The notes below the pieces were generated by a model that did not search any database, was not told where the DNA came from, and worked only from the letters and a program-made list of their open reading frames with translations. A DNA stretch of 63,829 nucleotides, the filler included, from Collodictyon triciliatum (lineage: Eukaryota): the NCBI GenBank assembly GCA_043381765.1. It is 5 parts of 5 records of this genome, joined end to end, with 100 filler letters (N's around TTAATTAATTAA, not from the genome) between each part and the next. Parts side by side here need not be neighbours in the genome. Positions count along the whole stretch, not along the records: positions 1 to 14,970 come from JBHJMP010001748.1; positions 15,071 to 30,073 come from JBHJMP010001749.1; 3 more parts are not named here. One strand, given 5' to 3'. Of the stretch, positions 1-18,300 are shown one piece after another. The position numbers and the translations under genes are program-made. How positions within the stretch are numbered: the stretch's first letter is position 1; the number at the start of each line of letters is the position of its first letter.

Positions 1-81
<81 letters not shown>

Positions 82-175
82 TAATAATAACAATAATAAT
101 AATAACAATAATAATAACAATAACAATAATAATAATAACAATAATAAAAATTATAATAATAATAATGATAATGAT
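1..175. repeat. (AAT)n microsatellite; others at about 2798-2930, 6346-6465, 30174-30257, 31120-31215, 47009-47110, 49075-49173 and 60030-60169
   Basis: Read directly from the sequence; the tracts are intronic or at contig ends. Confidence 0.98.
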
Positions 176-514
176 GAGGGAATGTAGAGATGAAGAGGTG
201 CAATATTCTCGTGCATCGAATCCATCGCCCCAAAAGGCACACCCAGGCAAGTGCAAACATCCAAAGTTGGTCGGCAGGAACCGAGGTTTATGGTTTCGGT
301 AGTGTGTTTAGATGAGAGACGCAGCAGAAAAAGGAAAGAAATAAAAAAAAATAAGAAAAAAAGGAGTAATTGTGGTGGGCTTATAGCAAGGTACGTTTGC
401 TCTCAGTAAAAGGGAAGAAAAGAGTGAAAGAAAAGATGTGGAATAAAAAAAATCCAGAAAATTATTGTGCATTCATGGTTTCAGAACGCAGAGAAAACAA
501 ATGCGATTGCACTA

Positions 515-6748
<6,234 letters not shown>

Positions 6749-7694
6749 TATGTGGAAGGAATGTTCGACGAGAGCAATACAGACAAACAAGAATGGAATA
6801 AAACACACCAACGACAAGTAAACAAGAAAAAGAAAGTAAAAGTAAAAGTAAAAGTAAAAGTAAAAATAAAAAATAAGGAAGAAGAAAAGGGTGGAAGTTG
6901 TGAAACTCGTTTTGCTTCGCCTGAGGATCGTCTGCTCGGCCCCTCCCATGTCCAGAGCTCGGCAAATACCCGAATACTCTTTCTTTGTAAGCTTACTCCT
7001 CTCTTATGTTTTGCGTTACTTTTTCCACTTTTTCTTTTGCTTCTGTCTTGATTGTTCTGTTTGATTGGCGTTTGATCAGCGAGTGGGTCGCGATTATTCC
7101 GGCCGGGAGCCAGTTATGGTGTTCCACATAAGGGCACTCATTATAATTTTTTCGGATTTCACACTAATATGGATATTCATTACAATTTGGACTCATAAAG
7201 GTAGAATTTGCAATTTTCTCGGTAGATGGATATTTATGGTATGAATGAATTTACCAGGGAACAAGACCTACGCGGAGATGGGAACAAGGGTTGCTGCTTC
7301 CTCAAGCGGATGCTCTGTCGGTGGGCATCGTTAGGCCAGGCGCCACCGGAGTTCTCGAGATATGCTGCAGAGAACATCATTTTTTTAAAATATAGAATGA
7401 GCAAACTGCATCAAATGGGTTCTTGGTTACGAGAACTTGGCATTAAATTCGTTTGCACACGGCTGACTTTGCCTAATCTTACGACATAAGCACAAGCCTT
7501 TCACAAGCTGAAGTATTCTCTGTCATAAGGCAGAGTGGTTGCGGGCATATAAGATACACACTCCACTATTTTTTTTTTTTTTGTAAAGGTGGATACTATC
7601 AATTCCAATTTATTATGAGTCGATAGCTCCTCCTTCTCTTTCAAGAGATTGCCAACTTGATTATTTTGTAATAAGCGCGAGCCATGCCGGAAAA

Positions 7695-10600
7695 CTATTG
7701 GACCAAGTTTGACATTTGCTGCTCGCCTTCTTCGCTGTTGATGGCAAATGCATTGACTTCGTTTCTGTGGAAAGCCTCAACCTTGCATATTAATTTTTGT
7801 TAACTTCAGTGAAGGTTGCCAGCGCTAATCGAAAATAGCAGATTTTTATATATACACGGAATATTATACAACAAACTATTCGGGCTGTCAAACCTCCTTT
7901 CTGCCTTGGTCAACATCCACTCGGGCTAACATCCACAGCGGAACTAGGAAAAAGACCACCTGAACAAACAGTCCCCAACGCATGCTACCCGTGGCTATAG
8001 AAGAGCATTCTTTTTTTTTAAAAAAAAAGAATACCAAACGAATCAAGTATGCAAGAAAGGGATTTCAGATGCCGTTATTTTTTTCAAAAAAAATAAAAAA
8101 TAAAAGTTAAAAAATGGTTCAATTCGGAACTTTGCAAAATGATGCTGACAAGCAGAGGCCCAATCCAAGAACTTCCCTTGTCCGTGATCTACAGGAGTGT
8201 TATTTCATTTCAAGTCTTCCTTAACTGAAACATTCGTATAAAGAGCGAAAAAAAAGTGTTGATAGACAGCATGGGAGAGAACAGCATCGACACGTGATTG
8301 TTTTTATAACCTCGTAAAGACCAAAGAACTCAGATTCATATCCTTCAGGAATCAAATCTGAAAAGACTGTGCGTGAATAAGATTGGATGCTTCCTAGATT
8401 GATTCCATATATGACAGCGAACACATATAACTCTGCCAGTGTCACAAGACCTAAAAAAATATGGACATCAGCGCCATGAAATGCAAAAAGAAACTAATCT
8501 ATTGACTCAATTAAGCGTAAAAATGCGATGCAGATGATGAATGTCCTACCAAACGGAGCGAAAAGCCCCAAAATACCATAGAATGGGAGAAAAGTCAAGA
8601 ATAACAGATGAAACTGAATCATCTTCTTCGGGCGCCAACCTAAATATCTTTGCATCCAGAGAAAGGATACATTACCTACAATTATTTTTTTTTTACGGAT
8701 TATAAAGTCAGAAATGGCATGAACTAAAGGACGCTAGAATATATATGTAAAAGTAATCAAATCAGAATTCACACAAAATAGTGTACACATTATTTTCACA
8801 AATGAGGTAAAAGGTCTCAAGTAAAATTGAAGCTTACCAATCAAGGCAGATAGAGGCACTAGTGCTGCGATTATAACAAGACCGATTCCCTCAAGCCCCA
8901 ACTCTTCTGTCCCAAACAGGACACCAACAGAAGCAACAGTTCCAACCCCATCCGAAAAGATAAAGTATGATAAAAGATAAAGAAAAGTGTTTGGAAGCTT
9001 CTTGGCACTGCGGAAAGTCTTGTATACTATCGCGCATGAGGTAACGTCACTATTTATGAGCAAACACCTTCTGATATAGCTGAATTGTAAAAGAGCCATA
9101 ATTACTTGTCGTAAAAAAACATTATGTGATGGGTTTCCATGTAACCTCGTTTCCATCCAAATGTAAGAAAGGACTGGTCTTTCGGGAGCTGCTGTCCCGG
9201 ACGAGGATGAACGTAGTACACGAAGGGAATAGTAAAGGCAAACCACCATGCACCAGAGAGAAAGATGCATATCCTGTATCCCGTAGAGGAAGGATTGGAC
9301 AACACAATACCCGCGCACACAGTAAGTAAAATCAGCGGTGAGGAATACCTATCAGGCGTTTTACAGAATATTTTGGAAAAGTGATAATTTGATATATATG
9401 TGTGTGGATTGCGCGTATGAGTCCCAGTCACAAATAAAAGAAAAAGAAATGTCTTGAGATTCAATAATTAATCTTCTCAATACATATGCACATCTCACTT
9501 TGGAGATGCTGCTTATGATTTTCTAATGCCCAGGTATTTGTTTTTATGATTATAACATGCATCATTACAACTTTACCCAGCTGCAAATCCTCTCGTGGAG
9601 ATGTCATTGGACACTTTTTCTTCCACTTGCACGTAATCGAGCGGGGTAGCTTCAAGGACTTGCGGGTGATTTTTCACTAACAAAGGGAGATAGGCGTTGT
9701 AGAATACTATGGCGCATCCGAAGAATACATTACTCAGAATGGTGAGAATACCACCAATCCACCAGACACCTATTTCAACAACCAAGTAAATTAATGAAGG
9801 AGAAAGAGAAAGGAAGATAAAAATTTTCAATCTCATTTAAAGGCAAACAGATGAAGAAATCGACAATGGGAAATATAAAGGAAATATAAAGGAAATATAA
9901 AGGGAAAGAAAGAGAAAGAAAGAGAAAGAATGGGAAGGAAAAGTACTCTCGTCGATGATAAAGATGTAAAGCATCGTAAGAGTTGACCCCCCAAATGCAA
10001 AAAATAGCATCATAGACTTTCTGAATGTGCCGTAGTCAGCTATTGGGGCGATAGTGATGAAGCATAGAGCCTATGATGAATAAACGTGATAAGGTATTCA
10101 TAAAGGAGACCGATTAAGGCCTTGATGGCTTGCAAGGTACTTGATAGACGATCATCATCGATAGCCGTTCTCCTTCGAGTGGGCAAATATTAAAAAAAAA
10201 ATGTGACTTCTTCACACCTGGAGGAATACAGATATTGTGATGGAGTAGAAGGCAAACGCAGTTGGTAGAACATCAAAAGTCCCAAAGCTAACTGTCCTGT
10301 CACACTCGTCGTCGTCATCCGAGTCGGGGTCGCAGCCGGCAGCCTCCTTTGCAATCGAAACCAGAAAAACAGGACTGTATAAAATAGGCTCATAAACAAA
10401 AATATTAGCATACGTATAAACATAAAAAAAAAACATAAATAAACATAAATAAACATAAATAAACATAAATAAACATAAATAAACATAAATAAACATAAAT
10501 AAACATAAATAAACATAAATAAACATAAATAAACATAAATAAACAAAACAATAATAAACAATAATAAACAATAATAACCAATAATAAACATAAAAATAAA

Positions 10601-10952
10601 CAAAAATAAACAAAAATAAACAAAAATAAACAAAAATAAACAAAAAACATGATCATTAAAGGATAAGAACATAAATAAAAATAATCAGTCAGGTTTTATT
10701 CCGCACGGATATGGAGCATGTGGCAAGCATGGTGAGAATGGTTACTCGAACATATATCTGGGATGAAGCGAATGCTGAAACTACGAGAAGGAAGAATTAC
10801 ATAAAGATGCCGATGGATATGGAGCTGTAGACCGAATTAGCCCAGTCGTAGCAGTACCATGCATAAAGCTCTTTCTGCGTTGTCACGGGATCGTTGGACC
10901 TCTCGTCAGACGGCTGATCAGCGCAGAGTCGCTCTGCCGAATCGTCCATCAT
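7695..10952 (-). CDS. Atg22/UMF1-like MFS transporter (multi-exon)
   Basis: Motifs AWYCYDWANSVYS, IADYG, VFYNAYLP, ISTRGFAAG, FIFSDGVGT, SYSRTVFSDLIPEGYESEFFGLYE and TDKGSSWIGP. The introns traced are GT-AG. Stop TAG at 7695-7697. Confidence 0.88.
10431..10648. repeat. Intronic 10-bp tandem repeat (AAACATAAAT)n decaying into AAACAAAAAT variants
   Basis: Read directly from the sequence. Confidence 0.95.
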
Positions 10953-11329
10953 TTCGCGAGCCTATGCGTTTGGGCTATGGGGCATGATGAAAGCGTGCTT
11001 GTACGTTTTTTTTTTGTTGTTGTTGTTTCGTAGAACACAAAAGAAAACCAAGGCGGAAAGAAAAACAAAGAGGAAAACAAAAAGGAGGGAAAGCAGAATA
11101 AGAGACAGATCGTTCATTCATTTGGTCAGGTTTTACTCGACAGAACTTGTACAAAGAAGCTATTCTGTGCTAGGGAAATCAGAACGAACAACTCCTTGAG
11201 AGCGTCCTAGTATAGCAAGCACACCGAACGCATGTAAGTTATGACGACAACATAAAATAGACAAACTCACACCATTCGGGGAAGCTGCAATCATCAAGGC
11301 GAAAACAAAGGGAGGATATGCACTGTCTC

Positions 11330-12310
11330 GTCTCTTGATGCTCTTTTCGATGGGTCTAAATCGCAACCCCCTGAAAGGAACAAGAAAATCTCTTGTTTGC
11401 AATAGAGTCCAGAGGGGGCCTAACTCATTCAAACAGAATCTCCAAAAACCAGTTGTATTTCAAATTATCGAAAGCTTTCCTGCCATTGTATAACTTCCAA
11501 ACAAAAACTCCGAAACTATAGATGTCACCCATAATGGCCAACTGCTGCCTCGATAGTGCCTGTGCAGTATGAGAAAGGGATGATTACCTTCTTTTTTTTT
11601 TAAAGAAAAAAAAATCGTCCGGTGATTGGTGATTTGTAGCAACCTCCGGGGCGCAAGTGCTCCATCTGGTGTATGAAAGTTGATGCAAGCCTATACTAAA
11701 ATCCATCAACACTTTAAAGAACCCAAGCTTGATTGAATAGGTGTTCGTAATCTAAACAAGAAGAAAAAAATTGTTCCTCTGGCACAATTATCGATTGATG
11801 CGGTTATTCGGTATCCAAACATTTTGAATATCCAAGGCATTAAAGAATAGTAATAGAGTAAAATGGTACAGATAATACAATCAATGAATCACTTACTGAT
11901 ATATGTATCCCTCCTGAATCATGGTATGCGATGATATCAAAACCCAGAAACAGAACAGGCATTCGAGATTTACATTTGCAGCACGAAACGGGGATACTTT
12001 TTTTTTTTTTATTAAAAAAACACTTTATAAGGATTGGTATATCTCGCTTTGTTTCAATCAATGACTCCAGTTATTCAAAATTCTGGTCACATAATAAAAT
12101 ACAAGGGGCTGGAAGAAGGTAGCAGCACACGATTACTTTCGATATGTTTGAGTAATTAAGAACCCTAGAAAAAAGCAAGTCATTTAAAACTGATTCAGTA
12201 AAGGAATATATTTGTGAGGCAACCTAACTGCTGAATAGATATTTCTGCCTTAAAATCTGGAATATCTTCACGGAAACTTTTTGGCATGACGTCTCTGGCC
12301 ATCAGTCTCG
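11330..12310 (-). pseudogene. Degenerate protein kinase (TKL-like) remnant
   Basis: Fragments occur in subdomain order: DFKAEISI, LNYSNISKVIVC, PCILL, FGYR (DFG position), CAPEV, GDIYSFGVFVWKLYNGRKAF, RPPL. They are broken by stops and the catalytic HRD is lost. Confidence 0.6.
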
Positions 12311-12786
12311 TTCTCTTTCAATTTTATTTTAGTGTTAGAGTCAATTTAATTTAAAAGTATCATTTACTTTCAAGCGAACGCGAATAACTGAACCACATAG
12401 TGTTACAGTTATGCTACAGACCGATATTCTTGATTTTGCAATAACTCCTTAGTCAAAAAGAAAAGATTGAATTCGTGCTGCTTTGCGTTGGTTTCATCTG
12501 AAATTTTAATATTTTGTTTTCAAAAATTTATCTAAGAATCCACATATTGTTTGCTCAAACTTTTTAAAATAATAAATACCATGGTAATTCAAAATGAAAG
12601 GCTGCTATGATTAATGTTTTTTTTTTAAAAAAACACAATAAGCATAAATTTTACACACTTTTTCTTAGTATTTCACGAAGTCGCACACGTATAAATTAAT
12701 ACAAAATAAGAGTAGCACACATACCTCATCTCTGTCTGTGATGGAAAAGTGTTTTGACCTAGGTATAATAGATTCCCAACATAACT

Positions 12787-12834
12787 TTAGTGTAAATTAG
12801 TGTAAATTAGTGTAAATTAGTGTAAATTAGTGTA
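12787..12834. repeat. (TTAGTGTAAA) x about 5 minisatellite
   Basis: Read directly from the sequence. Confidence 0.9.
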
Positions 12835-13854
12835 TGATGATGGGCCTTTTTCCATGAAAAGTATTGTCATTTTCTTTAAAATATAAAATGACATATATCA
12901 AACCAAAACCTTCATATCTCCTCCCGCTCAACTATCTTGAGCAGATTCTCTCCTTTCTATTTATAACTGAAATTATATCGCTCTGTTTGCACTCCTATTT
13001 CAGATTCATTTAAAAGGAATCAGAATATAATATTTGTTGAAAGTATAAAGATCCCAAATTTCTCACCTTAAGCAATGATTGCAAACAACAATTAGACCAT
13101 CAAGACAAATTAAGACAAACCAAAACCGATTCTTGACAACTTTTGATTATCTCGATATGCAACATTTTTAATGGAATAAAGGAATAAAACTTAAGATGAA
13201 GTATTGTACTACTCTTTAGTAGTTTTATGTTTCATAGATATAGAACATGCAGTATCCGCCATGGGTTTATTTGAGCAGGTCGTTTCTGCATAAAATGTTA
13301 CAACAGAAATAATCATTTATATTTTTATTTACGTAAAGTAATCAAAAACTTATTTTACATCTTTTTATGTTCTTATCAAAATCATATTATTTTATACCAC
13401 TTAACTCGAAACCTAGTAATAGGGTTTTCACCTAGCCCATAAAATTCTGTCAATCCAGGTAGCTATACATATTTTGGGGTAGATTGAACTTCAAATAAAA
13501 AAGAAATGCAGTTAAAAACATTATATTTAAAATCTATAAGTATTATATTAAATAATTCCCCTGAACTTAAGCTTTCATCAAAAGAGAGAGAGGAGACCTA
13601 TGTGCAATTATAATTACATTCCATAAAAAAATACTTTGGATTTTGAAAACTAATTGAATAAAAATGAAGTTTAATTCAATATTTTTAAAGTCATCTTTCA
13701 ATTACATAATCAATACAAACGTGGATATCCATTTAAATTATGGACATTTTTAATCACCGCTGCGAATTTTTGTCACACGAACCTTTTTTCTCTTATAAAA
13801 TTCTACAGCTTTCCTCCTCTTTAATATCAAAAAGGGCAACAAGTCTCATGCCTG

Positions 13855-14970
13855 ATGGAAAACACGAGCCGCGACCCGTCGGAGGCTTTGCAAGTTGCAG
13901 TTAGTTCTTCTGGTTCGATCAGTGGTGCAAAAACTCCGAGTTGCATGCAAGCCCAGGAAGAGCCGTGTAAGGAGGCTGCCTGCAAGTCTGCATGAGCGGA
14001 CTGTATTTTTGCACGGGGTCGAGCAAGTTGTTTACATTAAGAATAAGGCCCGCAGGCTCACAGATGCGCTTTCCTCCTTCTTGAAAACGTGCAAACTTTG
14101 GGAAGAGTCCATCCAATTGCGCTTATCGGACAGCGAAGGCCTTTGCCTGATTGTCTTCCGCACTGCAGAAAACGCCCGAAAGCTTCTGGAGCTGAAGCAG
14201 GCAAGTTTGATCGATATTATAATCAGCTTCGCCAGAAGTAAACCAACAGAGACCTCGGTGATGATGCTCTACCAACTACCGCTGGAAGTATGGCCGCAAC
14301 CTCTCGTGAGGAGCTGAAACCGTTCAGACCGACCCATGTTGAAATCAAAAAGGACAAAGGCTTCTTCACAGACACGGCCGTGGTGAGGCTTCTTTGTCAC
14401 AAGAACCAACTCCCTGCAAAGTTTACGGTCAAGGGTAAGAAGTGTCCAAAGCGCATCCTCAAAGAGCGTCCGCCAGCCGAGAACAACGAACAACAAGTAA
14501 AAGCCCCGCAAAAGAATACACATGCCAAGCAGACAAGCAGCAACGGGTTCAAGGAAGCCAAGGCCAGGTAACAACTGAGTCCACAAGACTCACAGCAGAT
14601 ACGCACATACAATGACAGCGACGATGACATGGAAGGAAATCTCGGTTCCTCTTCAGAATCCTCGCACTCGAGTCATCCATCATCGCCAACACCAGACAAG
14701 CTCGCACATCGCAAGACCCAAGAGCAGCTCATCCCCAAACCCCGAAAGAAATCCCCCCTTTAAACTACCCATTCAGACTGACGTGAATATGGTTAACATA
14801 GGAGGCATCAAGGCAGTCTTCGTTACTTATCCGAAAGGATACTCCAAATCGAAGGCAACACAAGAACCAGCGCCCACCAAAGATAGTCCGTTTACCCTGC
14901 CCCAGCCCGTCGCACCGAGAACCAAGGAGCAAGAGCAAACACCACAAGTCGAATCCAAGCTTGGAACTTC
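13855..14970 (+). mobile_element. Non-LTR retrotransposon (L1/Tx1-like) ORF1 fragment, frameshifted and truncated by the contig end
   Basis: Intronless block, GC-richer than its flanks. RRM-like segments (TVFLHGV, CLIVFRTAENARKLL; MLYQLPLEVW..KGFFTDTAVVRL..LPAKFTVKG) are followed by a Pro/Ser/Lys-rich linker, as in LINE ORF1p. The reading frame is split across several frames. Confidence 0.55.
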
Positions 14971-15070
14971 NNNNNNNNNNNNNNNNNNNNNNNNNNNNNN
15001 NNNNNNNNNNNNNNTTAATTAATTAANNNNNNNNNNNNNNNNNNNNNNNNNNNNNNNNNNNNNNNNNNNN
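14971..15070. other. Artificial 100-nt contig spacer N44-TTAATTAATTAA-N44
   Basis: The core has stops in all six frames. Identical copies are at 30074-30173, 45125-45224 and 60170-60269. Confidence 0.95.
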
Positions 15071-16775
15071 TATCTTTTTTTCTTCTCTTTTTTTCTTATC
15101 TTTTTTTCTTATCTTTTTTTCTTATCTTTTTTCTTATCTTTTTTTCTTATCTTTTTTCTTATCTTTTTTTCTTATCTTTTTTTCTTATCTTTTTTTCTAT
15201 TCGGTCTCATTCAGCCTGTAAATGGATAAACTTCATTACAAAGGTTGTGACGAACTCGGTTTAATCCCTTTCTAGGCATGACACTTTTTATACATCAAGA
15301 GTGTACTCATATATACCATTTTATTGCACAGATAACCATTAAATTAAATCTGGATTGACAAAAGCAGGAGCTTTGATGAATCCAAGAAGCAACCTGAATA
15401 ATATAATAGTATAATTAGTATATGTAATAAGGTCATAAATACATAATAATATCATTTTATTCCTGTAATCAATTTATGTTTTATTTTGCATTTAGTAATA
15501 TTATCATCAAAAATCCAAAGATTGCAAACAAGCCCTTGCCTTGGCCAGACAGAACCTACCCTATAAACTTGCCACCAAACATGCATTTCAAAAAAGCATA
15601 CTATCCACACTTGCGGCGGTAATCATGTTGTTTGGGGCCGATGTGTTGACTTTCAGTCGCAATGGCTATACAGCCGTCCTTTCGAACTCTCTGAATGGGC
15701 TATCAGCGTTTTGTCTCAAATCACTTATATAAAACTTTGTGCGTTTGATTACCACAATGCGCACATTTTGAGAGACTCGGTAGATGCTTAATTTTACATA
15801 AATTGATTTTGTGCAGTTTTTTTTTAAAAAAAAAAAAATTGACCGGTTGACTAAAGTTTTATTAAAATTGAAATCATCTCTATAGTCGATTGTTAAGAAT
15901 CCGGATGACTATGATAAAATCGACGATACGGTTTTATTGTGTCATAATTTGGTTACCGACACTTATCTGTTTGCAAGATGTTACATATTAAAATCACAAC
16001 AACTCCCCGTAATCAATGAAAAGTTTTTTTTTTTTTGTACGCTTTAAAGACAGTCGGAATAGTTTCACAAGATAGACCCGCAAGATGAAAGCATCTATAT
16101 ATGAGAGAAGACATGATGACTTCTTATCTCAATGATTTTCGATTTCTTTTGTCCAGAGAAGAATGCTTTCCGTTCGTTAGACTGTCTCATTTATTACCGT
16201 ACTTGGCGAAGGTAATGCTAACAGCTTATCATAATAACATTAAGGAGCATTTTGTAAAGAGGTTACTGCGCTTTATAAGTCAAACAGTTCCTTAAGATGA
16301 GAATATTACGGAAGCTATTAAAAAGGCAGAATTACGATAGTTAAAAAAAAAAAAGCAATCCTCATGAAACTCGAAATACTGGAATAATATAAAGAGTGGG
16401 CTGCAATGCATTTGCATCATATCATTCGCAGCGATATTGTAAATAGTATCGAATATGATGTCAAAGTCAATCCAAATAAGTACATAACATGTCTGATTTA
16501 CATGAATCGCATTTTTGAGGACATTGGAACTAAACTGTTTCAACCAATCTATAGAAGAACTAACAATATACCATGTCATATTACTCTAGATACGGCATGT
16601 TTGATAGATCTATTACTATCAACTGGAAAAACATTATTAATGAAGAATATATCAGGATGCAAAGAGAACCTATGGAATAATGTCTTTGAAATAAAGAGGG
16701 TCTTTCATCAGAGATTACAATTTCAAATACATGATACAAACAGACGGCTTGGCGGTGTCATTATTGTTTGAAAAG

Positions 16776-17242
16776 TGGCCCACAATACCAAATGACCCAC
16801 GACTCTAGAATACTCTGGACAGTCACAAGGGGACATATGCTGTGGGCCTTATGGAGTGTGCGTGCATTCTCTCGCTCCGATGATTCACCCGAACGAGAAA
16901 TCAATGTTTACAGGCTTGAAAGCCTCGTGCAATACAGCTTCCTGAACAGTCTGCTGAAACACGCTCGCATTCTTCGCTACTCTGACCGCAAGCGAAGAGA
17001 GATGTGGGAATGTGTCGTAAGGTATCTCCCACAGCATATCCAACCCCTGCTACCCACGCAACCAATCAACCAGTTGGGACGCCCACCTGACCAGCTCGCT
17101 ATCACTGATTTCTTTCCAGTGCTACCCTCTCCACGGTAGTGTCTTCTCCTACTCGCGTTTGCTCTCTCCCATGCGCTCCCATCCCGCCACTTTGTATGGC
17201 ATAACCTCGCTACACTTTGAATCGAATAAAGGAAAAAAAAAA
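16776..17242 (+). mobile_element. 5'-truncated non-LTR retrotransposon insertion with poly(A) tail and 15-bp target-site duplication
   Basis: TTATTGTTTGAAAAG occurs at 16761-16775 and again at 17243-17257. AATAAA at 17225-17230 precedes A10 at 17233-17242. An open frame ends at 17139 (HMLWALWSVR...). The Fanzor frame resumes when the insert is removed. Confidence 0.9.
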
Positions 17243-18190
17243 TTATTGTTTGAAAAGAATGGTTTTTCAAATTCAAAATTCAATTTAATCAAAAACCCAA
17301 GAAAATGTTTATATAGATGAACTTTGCGAAGAGCAGTTATCTTTATAGGCGAAAAAAAAAAAACAATTGGAGTGGGCGCAGACAAGTTTAATTTGGTTTA
17401 AATGGTGGATGAGACGGTAAGAAATTACGTTACACGGCACACCAAACAAGAGATGATAGAAAATCTCTTAAAAATCACAAAATACTCTTGTGCGCGAGAA
17501 AAAAGAAAAGTACAATTACTCAGGGATATGCATGACAACAGATTTACAAAGTGATGTTTCTTTTGGTCACATGACTGTTGAAGAAAATCAGCAGTTTGAG
17601 AGATTAAGAGCATCCTTAATCGATTTAGAGACAGAACTGAGTAGACATATTTCAAGCGCGGTCGATTATGAAAAAAATCGAAAATATGTATCTATGAAAC
17701 CATGATACCAGTAGAATTTTCCAGATTTTATGAACACGTAACTTTTCGAAAGATGAGGTGGAGACAGTGTGTTAATACAAAAAGAAATGTACAATTGTTT
17801 ATGAATCGAATCGAAAAGACATTTGGCAAGGATGTTGTCCTGGCGCATGGAGACTGGAGCAGAAAATGTCCAATGTACCATTTTATTGCAACAATCAGAA
17901 GAGGATTACGAAAAATACTATCCAAACGTTTTGAAACAGTTAGCGTAGATGAACTTAGAACCTTCAAGATATGTCGCAACCGCGAAAAAGAACTGGAATG
18001 TATAACACTGATAGGAAATACAAAAAATTGTATAGATGTCTCATATTTAAAGAATACAATCACTCAGAAAGCAAACAAAGTGTATTCTTGACAAGGGACA
18101 TTAACAGCGATAAAAAAATATATACCCATGAAAGTTATTTTAATCCTCAAAATATGCATACACCTTGCTTTAAAAAAAAAACAGGCTGTT

Positions 18191-18300
18191 GGGTCTTTCC
18201 TGGCACTCTTCACCACTACACGGCCTCTGTGAAAAAAGTGGTGAGACCCTCGATACTAGTGCGCCAGGTTTACCAATCGAAAGATTTTACACCTTTTCTA
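18191..18300 (+). ncRNA. Putative Fanzor omega-RNA scaffold overlapping the 3' end of the ORF
   Basis: Nested complementary segments: TCACCACT 18210-17/AGTGGTGA 18237-44; CCTGGC 18199-204/GCCAGG 18263-68; TCTTTC 18194-99/GAAAGA 18279-84. A crossing pair TCGAT 18250-54/ATCGA 18276-80 is also present. The position matches known TnpB/Fanzor omega-RNAs. Confidence 0.55.
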
